NCBI GenBank assembly: GCA_947631945.1
Contig: CANRNI010000001.1
Location: 91,331 to 155,330 of the forward strand
Length of the DNA: 64,000 nucleotides
Source of the DNA: an uncultured Clostridia bacterium
GTDB lineage: Bacteria > Bacillota > Clostridia > Oscillospirales > Acutalibacteraceae
Direction of reading: 5' to 3'
How positions within the stretch are numbered: position 1 is the stretch's first letter; every line of letters begins with the position of its first letter. Below, piece after piece: positions 46,618 to 54,825 of this stretch. Below the pieces are notes generated by a model. That model was not told the origin of the DNA. It searched no databases and saw only the letters and a program-made list of their open reading frames with translations. The position numbers and the translations under genes were made by a program.

Positions 46618-46906
46618 TATTGTTATCTCCTTTTAAATCAGTTATCCAGAGCATGATTTCTTCCAGAACTGAGGCGTTAAGCTCATAAAAGATAAATTTG
46701 CCCTCTCGCTTGTCGCGGACAAGGTCAGCTTCTTTAAGCACCGATAAATGACGCGATATCGAAGCCGCCGTTACCGGAAAGCTGTCCGAAATTTCTCCCG
46801 CAGTTTTTTTGCCGTCTTTAAGCATATTCAATATTTCGCGCCGTATCGGGTCTGAAAGTGCTTTTAAAGTATGCTGCAAGCTCAATGTTATCATAACCTT
46901 TAACAT
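46601..46906 (-). CDS. sdpR: ArsR/SmtB-family autorepressor (SdpR-like)
   Basis: Winged HTH LKALSDPIRREILNMLKDGKKTAGEISDSFPVTAASISRHLSVLKEADLV. Confidence 0.85.
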   Translation of the reverse strand: MLKVMITLSLQHTLKALSDPIRREILNMLKDGKKTAGEISDSFPVTAASISRHLSVLKEADLVRDKREGKFIFYELNASVLEEIMLWITDLKGDNNNDKKH

Positions 46907-46955
46907 TTAACCTAAATGTTAAATGAATTATAGCACAGTATTTTTTGGTTGTCAA
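46900..46955 (-). promoter_or_regulatory. Consensus promoter TTGACA-17-(TGc)TATAAT plus a 10-bp inverted-repeat operator for sdpR-sdpI
   Basis: On the minus strand, TTGACA is at 46950-46955 and TATAAT at 46927-46932. A perfect inverted repeat TTAACATTTA (46900-46909) / TAAATGTTAA (46913-46922) overlaps the start codon. Confidence 0.7.
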
Positions 46956-46963
46956 CAGTAAAT

Positions 46964-47143
46964 TTTAGGCAATACCGCATAATTATTGTCGTGCAGATGT
47001 GCCGAAAGATTTTTCGTCAGATTGACAAAAGCGAAGAAGGAATACTGACGTATTTCAATGAGCTTTTGGCAAAAATGACGGGAAATCTCGGCGCAGATGC
47101 GCGGCAAAGGCGTTAGCCGCTAATTGTGCGGTATTGCCTTTAG
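46964..47143 (+). mobile_element. MITE-like repeat, A-type, full length (~180 bp)
   Basis: TTTAGGCAATACCGCATAATTA...CTAATTGTGCGGTATTGCCTTTAG. The termini are slightly mutated. Confidence 0.8.
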
Positions 47144-47147
47144 TTTT

Positions 47148-47179
47148 TTAAGGAAGCTCTGATTTAATCAGTGTTTCCC
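47148..47179. mobile_element. B-type mini element consisting only of two abutted termini
   Basis: TTAAGGAAGCTCTGATT-TAATCAGTGTTTCCC: left and right B TIRs joined with no core. Confidence 0.6.
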
Positions 47180-47227
47180 AAGAAAATACCGCCCGAATCG
47201 GGCGGCAAATATTATTTCGGAAAGCGT

Positions 47228-48649
47228 TCACTTATAAAGCTTTATGCTTTTTATAACGGGATTTCCTCTCGACTGGGTTATTATAATACATATTTCGTCC
47301 GCTTCGATTCCTTTCGGGAAACGCACGATTTTTCCCGAACCGATAACCGTTCCTTTGTATATGCTTTTTCCGTCGGCAAAAATTTCAAATTCTTCCACTC
47401 TCTGACTGTATTTAATATCCTCTTCAATAAATAAGGTTCTGAATTTTGCTGTCGGAATTAATTTCGCTCCGATTTCGTTGTTTTGAAGCATAAAGCCTGC
47501 CGAACCGGGGATAACCTCCTCACCGTCGGTTGTAAGGAGAGTAAGCTCATACGGAATGTTTTCGGCAAATGTTTTCTTAATTATTTTTGTAAACTCCGTA
47601 AGAGTTTTTATTTCGCGGTCGCTTATAAGTCCTCGTTTATCGGGCGGTACGTTCAGGAGCATCGAAGCGTTGCCGCCTACGGTGTTAAAGTATATCTGCG
47701 CCAATTCTTCCGGGGTACGGCTTGAGCCGCCTTTATTGTCCTTATAGTAATCGTCGTCATGCCAGAACCAGCCGTGCGTTATTGAAACGTCGGCTTCGGC
47801 AGGACTCCATCTGAGGTCGGTTTTTCCCGATAATTTATTTCTGCTGCCGATGTCCTCAGCGTAAGGGTCAATGAAATTCGGCGCATTGTTTTCTTCTTTC
47901 TGCGAATTTTCCGCGATTTCATCGAGCGTTTTGTCACTCCAAGGAATTACGCTCCATTCTGATTTTCTTACTTGACCGCCCTCGTTGCCTATCCAGCGGA
48001 CGTCCGGTCCTGTTATCGCTATTACTGCGTCGGGCTGATATTTTCTTATCGTTTTGTAATATCTTTCCCAATCGTAAACCTGTTTTCTGCCGTTGGGACC
48101 CTCTCCGCACGCACCGTCAAACCAAAGACAAAAAAGGTCTCCGTAAGAAGTGCAAAGCTCTGTCAATTGGTTTACAAAAAAATCGTTGTATTCGTCGGTG
48201 CCGTACGTCTTTTCATGCCTGTCCCACGGCGAAAGGTAAAGCCCGAGCTTTAATGAATATTTTTTGCAGCTTTTGCTTAAAAGGGCGACAATATCCTTGC
48301 CGAATGGACTTTTCATAACGGTATGGTCTGTGTATTTTGAATCAAAAAGACAAAAGCCGTCATGATGCTTGGCAGTCAGAATAATTCCCTTTGAGCCTGT
48401 GCTTTTGAGCGTTTCGCACCATTGGTTGGTATTAAGCTCGGCAGGATTGAATACGCTTTCGTCCTCGTTTCCCTCACCCCATTCACGGTCGGTAAAGGTA
48501 TTTACTCCGAAATGTATAAAATTGTAATATTTCATGCGGTTGAAAGCGAGCTGCCGCTCCGACGGGCGGACAGAGATATATCTTTTTACTTCTTCGTCGT
48601 ATACGGGGAAACCGTTGTTGCCCGTACACCATGCGTTTTTTATTTTCAT
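47228..48649 (-). CDS. Alpha-L-fucosidase (GH29) with a C-terminal beta-sandwich domain
   Basis: GH29 motifs (FIHFGVNTFTDREWG, TAKHHDGFCLFDS, LWFDGA). No signal peptide. Confidence 0.85.
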   Translation of the reverse strand: MKIKNAWCTGNNGFPVYDEEVKRYISVRPSERQLAFNRMKYYNFIHFGVNTFTDREWGEGNEDESVFNPAELNTNQWCETLKSTGSKGIILTAKHHDGFCLFDSKYTDHTVMKSPFGKDIVALLSKSCKKYSLKLGLYLSPWDRHEKTYGTDEYNDFFVNQLTELCTSYGDLFCLWFDGACGEGPNGRKQVYDWERYYKTIRKYQPDAVIAITGPDVRWIGNEGGQVRKSEWSVIPWSDKTLDEIAENSQKEENNAPNFIDPYAEDIGSRNKLSGKTDLRWSPAEADVSITHGWFWHDDDYYKDNKGGSSRTPEELAQIYFNTVGGNASMLLNVPPDKRGLISDREIKTLTEFTKIIKKTFAENIPYELTLLTTDGEEVIPGSAGFMLQNNEIGAKLIPTAKFRTLFIEEDIKYSQRVEEFEIFADGKSIYKGTVIGSGKIVRFPKGIEADEICIIITQSRGNPVIKSIKLYK

Positions 48650-48740
48650 GGCGACACCTCTCCGATTTGCTTTTTTTATTTAGATTATACAATGATTATA
48701 CAATTTTTTTATTTTAATTGCAAGATAATATTTCGGCGTA

Positions 48741-48769
48741 TTGACATTTATTTCATTCGGTGTTATAAT
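48741..48769 (+). promoter_or_regulatory. Consensus SigA promoter TTGACA-17-(TGt)TATAAT
   Basis: TTGACA at 48741-48746, 17-nt spacer, TATAAT at 48764-48769 preceded by TGT. The A-type repeat begins 2 nt later. Confidence 0.7.
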
Positions 48770-48770
48770 T

Positions 48771-48949
48771 TTAAGGCAATAACGCATAATTATTGTCGTG
48801 CAGATGTGCCATGAGATTTTTCGTCAGATTGACAAAAGTGACGCAGGAATACTGACGTATTTCAAGGAACTTTTGGCAAAAATGACGGAAAATATCGGTA
48901 CAGATGCGCGACAAAGGCGGCAACCGCTAATTGTGCGGTATTGCCTTAA
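48771..48949 (+). mobile_element. MITE-like repeat, A-type, full length (179 bp)
   Basis: About 14 mismatches to the 44469 copy by hand alignment, with perfect TTAAGGCAATA.CGCATAATTA / TAATTGTGCGGTATTGCCTTAA ends. Confidence 0.85.
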
Positions 48950-48956
48950 TATAAAA

Positions 48957-49149
48957 AGTCATACGGGAACGGAAAGCGCGGTGAAAATCCGCCGCAACAG
49001 TCATTACCGTCAAAGTCGGAATACTTGCCGTATGCGCATATAAACGGTTAGCCTTTGGGCAGTTGAAGGGCGCGGCTTTTGATAACAGGCGTATATGTTA
49101 CGCCTTTGTTGTGTTATAATTCCGCTCTTTTTCAGAGCGGTTTTTTTTT
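48957..49149 (+). promoter_or_regulatory. Cobalamin (B12) riboswitch: compact aptamer plus terminator
   Basis: P1 is CATACGG (48960-48966) pairing with CCGTATG (49028-49034). It encloses GGGAA...GGTGAAAATCC...CAACAGTCA...AAGTCGGAATACTTGCC, which matches the B12 core consensus GGGAA / GGTGnAAnTCC / ACTGT / AGTCAGGAnACCTGCC. The terminator is CCGCTCT-TTTTC-AGAGCGG plus T9 (49123-49149). Confidence 0.65.
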
Positions 49150-49172
49150 AAATATCGAAAAGAGGAAAAACA

Positions 49173-50111
49173 ATGTGTAAATCAAAAAAAGTTTTATCGC
49201 TAATCTTCGCGGCTGTTATGCTTTTTTGCTGTATGTCTTTCGGCGCTTTCGCGGCGAATGATACGGTAACTGTTACCTTCAGCGCGTTTGACGGTAATGT
49301 AATAATGCCGAAGCAGTCGCTTACGGTTTCGGACGGCACCGCCGAGGCATACGGCTATGAGCCGTTGGAAAACGACCATAACGGTGAAAAAATATATGGC
49401 GTTACCGCTCTCGACGTGCTTGCCGCCGCTCATAAGGCTTATTACGGTGATAAATTTACACCGTCCACAGCAAGCGAATATCTTGACGTTGTAAAAGGAC
49501 AGATTAAGCTCGCGTTCGGCAAAAACGCCAATTCTTCAAGCTTTGCCGTAAATAACAAAGCCCCTCACGACGACGTTTATCGTGAGGATCCGGTTTGGGG
49601 TTCGTCTTATACGGGATATTCGATATGCGAAACAAGAATAAGCAGCGGCGATTACATGGCGTACTTCTTCTATCAGGATAAATATTTTTATTCCGATATG
49701 TACGCTTGGTTCAACGTCGGCGGCGAAATGTCCGATTCGGAAAGAATTGTTGTGGGAAATCCCGTAACGCTTACCCTTAAAGGCTTCTGCTTCGGCTGGT
49801 ACGGCTGTTATAAGGAGGAGGACCAGGGTATAGCTCCTCTTGCGGGCGTTGACGTTTATCTGGTTAAGGACGGAGAATATACGTTAATAGGAAAAACCGA
49901 TGAAAACGGTTCTCTGACGTTCACGCCCGACAGTAAGGGCGATTATCGGCTCTGCGCTTACGGTGAGACGCTCGACGAATATGAAACGGAAACGCCTGTT
50001 TCGGCGGCGTGGTTCGATTTAAAGGTGCAGACCCGTGCACAGTACAATCTGCAAAAAATTATAGATTTCTTTAGGGGAATTATAGAAGCCATAAGGAATC
50101 TTTTCAGATAA
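49173..50111 (+). CDS. Secreted protein, unknown function (DUF4430-like N-terminal part and Ig/prealbumin-like C-terminal part)
   Basis: Sec signal peptide (..MSFGAFA/AND). The C-terminal segment VDVYLVKDGEYTLIGKTDENGSLTFTP resembles a carboxypeptidase-regulatory-like fold. The protein ends in an amphipathic helix. Confidence 0.5.
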   Translation: MCKSKKVLSLIFAAVMLFCCMSFGAFAANDTVTVTFSAFDGNVIMPKQSLTVSDGTAEAYGYEPLENDHNGEKIYGVTALDVLAAAHKAYYGDKFTPSTASEYLDVVKGQIKLAFGKNANSSSFAVNNKAPHDDVYREDPVWGSSYTGYSICETRISSGDYMAYFFYQDKYFYSDMYAWFNVGGEMSDSERIVVGNPVTLTLKGFCFGWYGCYKEEDQGIAPLAGVDVYLVKDGEYTLIGKTDENGSLTFTPDSKGDYRLCAYGETLDEYETETPVSAAWFDLKVQTRAQYNLQKIIDFFRGIIEAIRNLFR

Positions 50112-50112
50112 T

Positions 50113-50177
50113 CCGCAGATAACGCCGCGTAAAGATTGTGAGCGAAGGCGTAAGCCGTTCTTTGTGCGGTATTGCCT
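50113..50177. mobile_element. A-type repeat right-end fragment
   Basis: CCGCAGATAACGCC...GCGAAGGCGTAAGCCGTTCTTTGTGCGGTATTGCCTGTA parallels the right third of A-type copies. Confidence 0.5.
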
Positions 50178-50204
50178 GTATTTTTAGAAAGGTCGGCAAA
50201 TGTT

Positions 50205-51503
50205 TTGAAAACGGCAAAAGGAATTATTTGCGTATTTTTATGCGCCGTAATGCTTTTCGGTACGGCGTTTGGGGCGGACTGCGCTATTGCCTCTTATCCC
50301 GTGCCGATTTCAAGGAATACGGTTTCGCTGAAATGGGCGGTGCGCTTCGGAACTTCTTACAGAGACGCGCCGTCGGTTCCCGCCGTTTCGGGGGACTGTC
50401 TCGCCGTTATGAACGGAAAAAAGCTGCTTAAAGTGAATAAATCCGACGGCGGCGTTATAGAAGAAGCCGAAATGTCATATTCTCCGGCTCTCGGATATGT
50501 GCCGCCCACAATAAACGGCGATATGGTATATTGCCCGATTTACAACGCGACGGTAGAGGCGTTCGATTTTAACTCGATGAAAAAGCTTTGGACTTACAGC
50601 GATGAACTCGGAGGACAGGCCCTGACAAATATAATTTACAGCGGCGGATTGGTCTTTACGGGCTTTTGGAACGACGAGGACGAAACCGCATCTTACGTTT
50701 GTCTTGACGCTTTGACCGGTTCGCTTAAATGGAGAATAGAGCATAAAGGCGGATTCTACAGAGCCGATTGCGCCGTTATAGGAGATTATGCCGTTTTCGG
50801 CGGCGACGACGGAACTGTTTACGATGACAGAACGTCATGTATTTATTCGGTCGAGATATCTTCGGGCAGAATTAAAGATAAAGCGGAGCTGAACGGCGAT
50901 ATACGTTCGGGCGTTTCATACTGTGAGGAAAACGGCAGAGCTTACGCCGTTTCAAAGAGCGGTTATATTTATTCGCTGTCATTTAAAAACGGCGTGTTCG
51001 GGGAAATAAAAAAAGCTTACCTCGGCGGGGCTTCTACCTCAACGCCCGCAATTTACGGCGGCAGAGTTTATGTAGGAGTACAAACGGGCGCTCTTAAAGG
51101 AAATATCAGCGTTTTGGATAGAGATACTCTCGGGATTATTTATACTGCTGAAACTCTCGGTTATCCGCAGAGCGAGTTGCTTTTGTCTGATTTTTACAGC
51201 GGCGGCGTCCAAATATATACTACTTATAACGCGCTGCCGGGCGGGGTTATGGTCATGACCGATTCCGAAGGTCAGACCGAGCCCGATATAGACGTGCTTT
51301 TTACACCCGAAAAAAATCAATCGGGCTACAGCATAAGCGCAATAATGACGGACAATGGCGGAACTCTTTACTATAAAAACGATTCGGGATATATTTTTGC
51401 CTTGGAAAACAGCGTGAATACCGATAAAATGCGGACTTTTTTTGAAAAACTGTACAGTATGTTGTTGACAACGCTCGAATTACTTAATAAAATATTTTCA
51501 TGA
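50205..51503 (+). CDS. Secreted PQQ-like beta-propeller repeat protein
   Basis: Signal peptide (LKTAKGIICVFLCAVMLFGTAFGA). Repeated motifs resemble BamB/PQQ-type propellers (G-x-V/L-Y-x-G...G-x-L-x-A-L/D). The likely start is TTG 50205; the ORF track uses TTG 50172. Confidence 0.6.
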   Translation: MKTAKGIICVFLCAVMLFGTAFGADCAIASYPVPISRNTVSLKWAVRFGTSYRDAPSVPAVSGDCLAVMNGKKLLKVNKSDGGVIEEAEMSYSPALGYVPPTINGDMVYCPIYNATVEAFDFNSMKKLWTYSDELGGQALTNIIYSGGLVFTGFWNDEDETASYVCLDALTGSLKWRIEHKGGFYRADCAVIGDYAVFGGDDGTVYDDRTSCIYSVEISSGRIKDKAELNGDIRSGVSYCEENGRAYAVSKSGYIYSLSFKNGVFGEIKKAYLGGASTSTPAIYGGRVYVGVQTGALKGNISVLDRDTLGIIYTAETLGYPQSELLLSDFYSGGVQIYTTYNALPGGVMVMTDSEGQTEPDIDVLFTPEKNQSGYSISAIMTDNGGTLYYKNDSGYIFALENSVNTDKMRTFFEKLYSMLLTTLELLNKIFS

Positions 51504-52405
51504 AAAGCTTTGAACGGTGCCATCCGGTTACAAATTTTGTATACTATATATGCGCGGTTATCTTCGGGATGATTTTCCTTCATCCCGTGTTCCTGTGCAT
51601 TTCTTTTTTTTCGGCGTTTTTTTACAGTCTTAAATTATACGGCGGAAAGGTTTTTAAAAGCTTTTTTTGTTTTTTACTCCCCGTTATGACAGCGTCCGCC
51701 GTTATTAACGGTCTGACGGCGCATTACGGGGTAACTCCGCTTTTTTTTATGCCAAACGGGAACAGCGTCTGTCTTGAGCCTGTTATTTACGGCTTTGTGT
51801 CGGGAGCGTCCGCGTCGTGCGTTATATTGATTTTTTTCTGCTACAATAAAACCGTTAATTCCGATAAGCTGTATTACGTATTATCAAAAAGTCTCCCGAA
51901 AACGGCTCTGCTGCTTACAATGTCCCTTAGATTCGCTCCGATGTATTCAAAAAAAATAAGAGAAATTTCGGAAGCGCAGAAAGGCTTGGGAAAGGGAACC
52001 GACAGCGGCGGTTTATCCGAAAGAATAAAAAACGGCTTGAGGATTCTGTCTGTTTTAACCTCGTGGGCGCTTGAAAATTCGGTGGAAACAGCAGATTCAA
52101 TGAAAAGCAGGGGCTACGGACTTAAAAACCGTTCGCACTATTCCGATTACAGATTTTCCCGTACCGACGCCGTAATGCTTTCTGTTATGACCGTATGCTG
52201 TATTGTCGTAATTATCGGAGCGGCAAAAGGAGAAACGTACGTTTTATATAATCCGTTTTTTGAAATTTCAAAAATAACTCCGTTTTCGGTTTTTGTCATG
52301 TTTAATTACGTTGTTTTTTTTGTAACTCCGTTGATTTCGGATTTGTTCGGGGAATACAGAGTGAAAAATCCGAAGAAAGGAGCGATACCGGCACAGAGGG
52401 CTTGA
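51500..52405 (+). CDS. ecfT: ECF transporter transmembrane (T) component
   Basis: CbiQ/EcfT-like polytopic protein with the conserved SLRF.P...E...A...RG region. The ATGA overlaps the upstream stop. Confidence 0.8.
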   Translation: MKSFERCHPVTNFVYYICAVIFGMIFLHPVFLCISFFSAFFYSLKLYGGKVFKSFFCFLLPVMTASAVINGLTAHYGVTPLFFMPNGNSVCLEPVIYGFVSGASASCVILIFFCYNKTVNSDKLYYVLSKSLPKTALLLTMSLRFAPMYSKKIREISEAQKGLGKGTDSGGLSERIKNGLRILSVLTSWALENSVETADSMKSRGYGLKNRSHYSDYRFSRTDAVMLSVMTVCCIVVIIGAAKGETYVLYNPFFEISKITPFSVFVMFNYVVFFVTPLISDLFGEYRVKNPKKGAIPAQRA

Positions 52406-52451
52406 GCTTTTATTGCATTTTGTCCTATATCCGTATCGCATGGAGATTCAA

Positions 52452-54083
52452 ATGGAAAATATTACAATTAAGAATTTAAGCTTTAAATATCCCGAATCAG
52501 GCAAAAAGGCTCTTGACGATATCTCCCTGGAAATATCGCAGGGCGAATATATTGTACTTGCGGGAAAAAGCGGCTGCGGAAAAAGTACGCTGTTAAGGCA
52601 CTTAAAGCCGTCCCTTACGCCCAACGGCGAACGGGAGGGCGGAATTTTTATCGGTGAAAAAGAAATAGGTCTTTTATCGGAGCGCGAACAGGCCGAGAAA
52701 ATAGGCTTTGTAATGCAGGATCCCGATAATCAGATAGTGACCGATAAGGTTTGGCACGAGCTTGCTTTCGGACTTGAAAATCTCGGTCTTGACAGCGACA
52801 CGATACGTCTGCGCGTGTCGGAAACGGCGGAATACTTCGGTATTTCCGAATGGTTCACGTCGGATACGGCGTCTCTTTCGGGAGGACAAAAACAGCTTTT
52901 AAATCTCGCGTCGGTAACGGCTATGCGCCCCGATATACTTATACTCGACGAGCCTGTGTCGCAGCTTGACCCGTCGTCCGCAGGAAATTTTCTCGGTATT
53001 CTTTCAAAGCTGAATAAGGAAACGGGAATAACGGTAATTATCACGGAGCATAGGCTTGAGGAGATTTTTAACTCCGCCGATAAAATCGCCGTGATGGATA
53101 ACGGAAAAATTATTTCTTTCGCTTCTCCTTCGGAAACGGGCGAATTGCTTCCGTCGGTTGATATTATTAAATATTTATTGCCCGCTCCTATGAGAATTTA
53201 CGCGGAAACGGGGGATTTTTCCCTGCCATGCCCCGTAAGCGTCAGAGACGGCGTAAAATGGCTTTCGGAAACGGTAAAATCGCCTGTTTTTACTTCCGTT
53301 GAAGCCGATACCAACGTTAATGCGGAGATATCGCTAAAGCTGAAAGAGGTTTATTTTAAATACGAAAAAAAAGGAAAAGAGATAATAAAATATCTCAACG
53401 CGTCCTTTAAAAAAGGCGTTATAACGGCGGTGCTCGGCGCGAGCGGAGCCGGCAAATCCACGCTTTTAAAACTGATTGCCGGAATTTACAAGCCTCTTTC
53501 GGGAAAAGTTTCGGCGGGCGGAAAACTGAAAACGGCGTATATGCCTCAGCAGACGCGAAATGTTTTCACCGAAAAAACAGTACTGGCGGATTTGGAGATT
53601 ATTGATAAAAATAAGGAAAATATTGGAAAGACGGTAGAGGTAACAGGCATACGGGATATATTAAATTCAAATCCTTTTGATATAAGCGGCGGCGAAGCTC
53701 AGAGGGCGGCTCTTGCTAAACTGCTTCTTACTTCGCCCGACGTTCTTCTGCTTGACGAACCGACAAAAGGTATGGACGGCGAATTTAAAGAAAAATTCGC
53801 TTTAATATTGAGAAATCTTGCGGACGGCGGAAAAACCGTTATAATAGTATCTCATGACGTTGAATTTTGCGCCTCATATACGGACGAATGTATGTTCCTT
53901 TTTGACGGCGCGATAGCGTCTCATAAGGATACGCGTTCATTTTTCTGTGCGAACGCTTTTTACACTACAGCCGCGTCGAGAATGTCGCGCCCAATATTTG
54001 AAAATGCCGTTACCGCACGGGAGGTAATATATTTATGCGGAAAGAATCTGAAAATCCAAGCGAAAAATCAACCGAAGGAATAG
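52452..54083 (+). CDS. ecfA: ECF transporter fused double ATPase (EcfA-EcfA')
   Basis: Two ABC cassettes: Walker A GKSGCGKST and GASGAGKST; signatures LSGGQKQ and ISGGEAQ; Walker B ILILDEP and VLLLDEP. ATG 52452 is preceded by GGAG. Confidence 0.9.
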   Translation: MENITIKNLSFKYPESGKKALDDISLEISQGEYIVLAGKSGCGKSTLLRHLKPSLTPNGEREGGIFIGEKEIGLLSEREQAEKIGFVMQDPDNQIVTDKVWHELAFGLENLGLDSDTIRLRVSETAEYFGISEWFTSDTASLSGGQKQLLNLASVTAMRPDILILDEPVSQLDPSSAGNFLGILSKLNKETGITVIITEHRLEEIFNSADKIAVMDNGKIISFASPSETGELLPSVDIIKYLLPAPMRIYAETGDFSLPCPVSVRDGVKWLSETVKSPVFTSVEADTNVNAEISLKLKEVYFKYEKKGKEIIKYLNASFKKGVITAVLGASGAGKSTLLKLIAGIYKPLSGKVSAGGKLKTAYMPQQTRNVFTEKTVLADLEIIDKNKENIGKTVEVTGIRDILNSNPFDISGGEAQRAALAKLLLTSPDVLLLDEPTKGMDGEFKEKFALILRNLADGGKTVIIVSHDVEFCASYTDECMFLFDGAIASHKDTRSFFCANAFYTTAASRMSRPIFENAVTAREVIYLCGKNLKIQAKNQPKE

Positions 54084-54820
54084 CCGAAAACGCAGTCGGA
54101 AGAACGGCGGAAAAGAAAGCCGGCAAATCAAATATAATCAATATAATTATTTTGTGCGTCCTCTCGCCGATTGTAATTATAACGGGGTTTTTTCTGTTTA
54201 AGGGCAAAAACTATTATATTATCTGCGCCGCGCTGACAGTTATTTCAATGCTCCCTTTTTTCATTTCATTTGAAAAAAAGAAAAACGCCTCGAGGGAAAC
54301 GGTCGCAATCGCCGCGGTTATCGCGCTGGCGGTCGCGAGCAGAGCCGTGTTTTATATGCTGCCCGAAATAAAGCCGATAGCCGCCGTTGTAATAACAGCC
54401 GCCGTAAGCTTCGGTTACGAGGTAGGGTTTCTCGCAGGCTCTATGTCGATGCTTTTATCAAACGTAATTTTCGGACAGGGTATATGGACGCCGTTTCAAA
54501 TGCTCGGACTCGGCGCGGTCGGGCTTATTTTCGGCTTGCTTTTTTCTTCGTCAAAATACAGATATAACCGATGGATACTCGGAATATCGGGCGGTGTCGT
54601 CACGTTTATCGTATACGGACTTATAGTGGATTTTAACTCTGTTCTTATGCTTTCGGCCGACCTTTCTCTCGCCTCTGTTGTCTCCGTTTATATTTACGGA
54701 GCTCCGTTAAATCTTGTTTTCGGAGTAACGACCGCAGTCTGTCTTATTTTATTCGGAAAGCCCATGATTGAAAAAACGGAAAGACTTAAAACAAAATACG
54801 GAATTTTTGAAAAGGGGTAG
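54035..54820 (+). CDS. ECF transporter substrate-specific (S) component, candidate cobalamin-specific (CbrT-like)
   Basis: 6-TM protein with the S-component segment GFLAGSMSMLLSNVIFGQGIWTPFQMLGLG. The B12 specificity is inferred from the upstream riboswitch. Confidence 0.65.
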   Translation: MRKESENPSEKSTEGIAENAVGRTAEKKAGKSNIINIIILCVLSPIVIITGFFLFKGKNYYIICAALTVISMLPFFISFEKKKNASRETVAIAAVIALAVASRAVFYMLPEIKPIAAVVITAAVSFGYEVGFLAGSMSMLLSNVIFGQGIWTPFQMLGLGAVGLIFGLLFSSSKYRYNRWILGISGGVVTFIVYGLIVDFNSVLMLSADLSLASVVSVYIYGAPLNLVFGVTTAVCLILFGKPMIEKTERLKTKYGIFEKG

Positions 54821-54825
54821 ACTTA

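Noticed and set aside
48798-49043. Small ORFs lie inside the repeat copies and give similar peptides. Examples are MQMCHEIFRQIDKSDAGILTYFKELLAKMTEN... here, plus 37172-37360 (minus strand), 10971-11165, 8694-8930 and 16639-16875.
   Set aside because: Different copies keep different reading frames open across the same core: GILTYFKELLAKMTEN in A-type copies versus NTDVFQGSFGKNDGK in B-type and hybrid copies. Stops fall at variable positions (the 44469 and 46964 copies end after ...ARQRR), and no RBS is present. The peptide similarity simply reflects nucleotide identity, so these are non-coding repeats.
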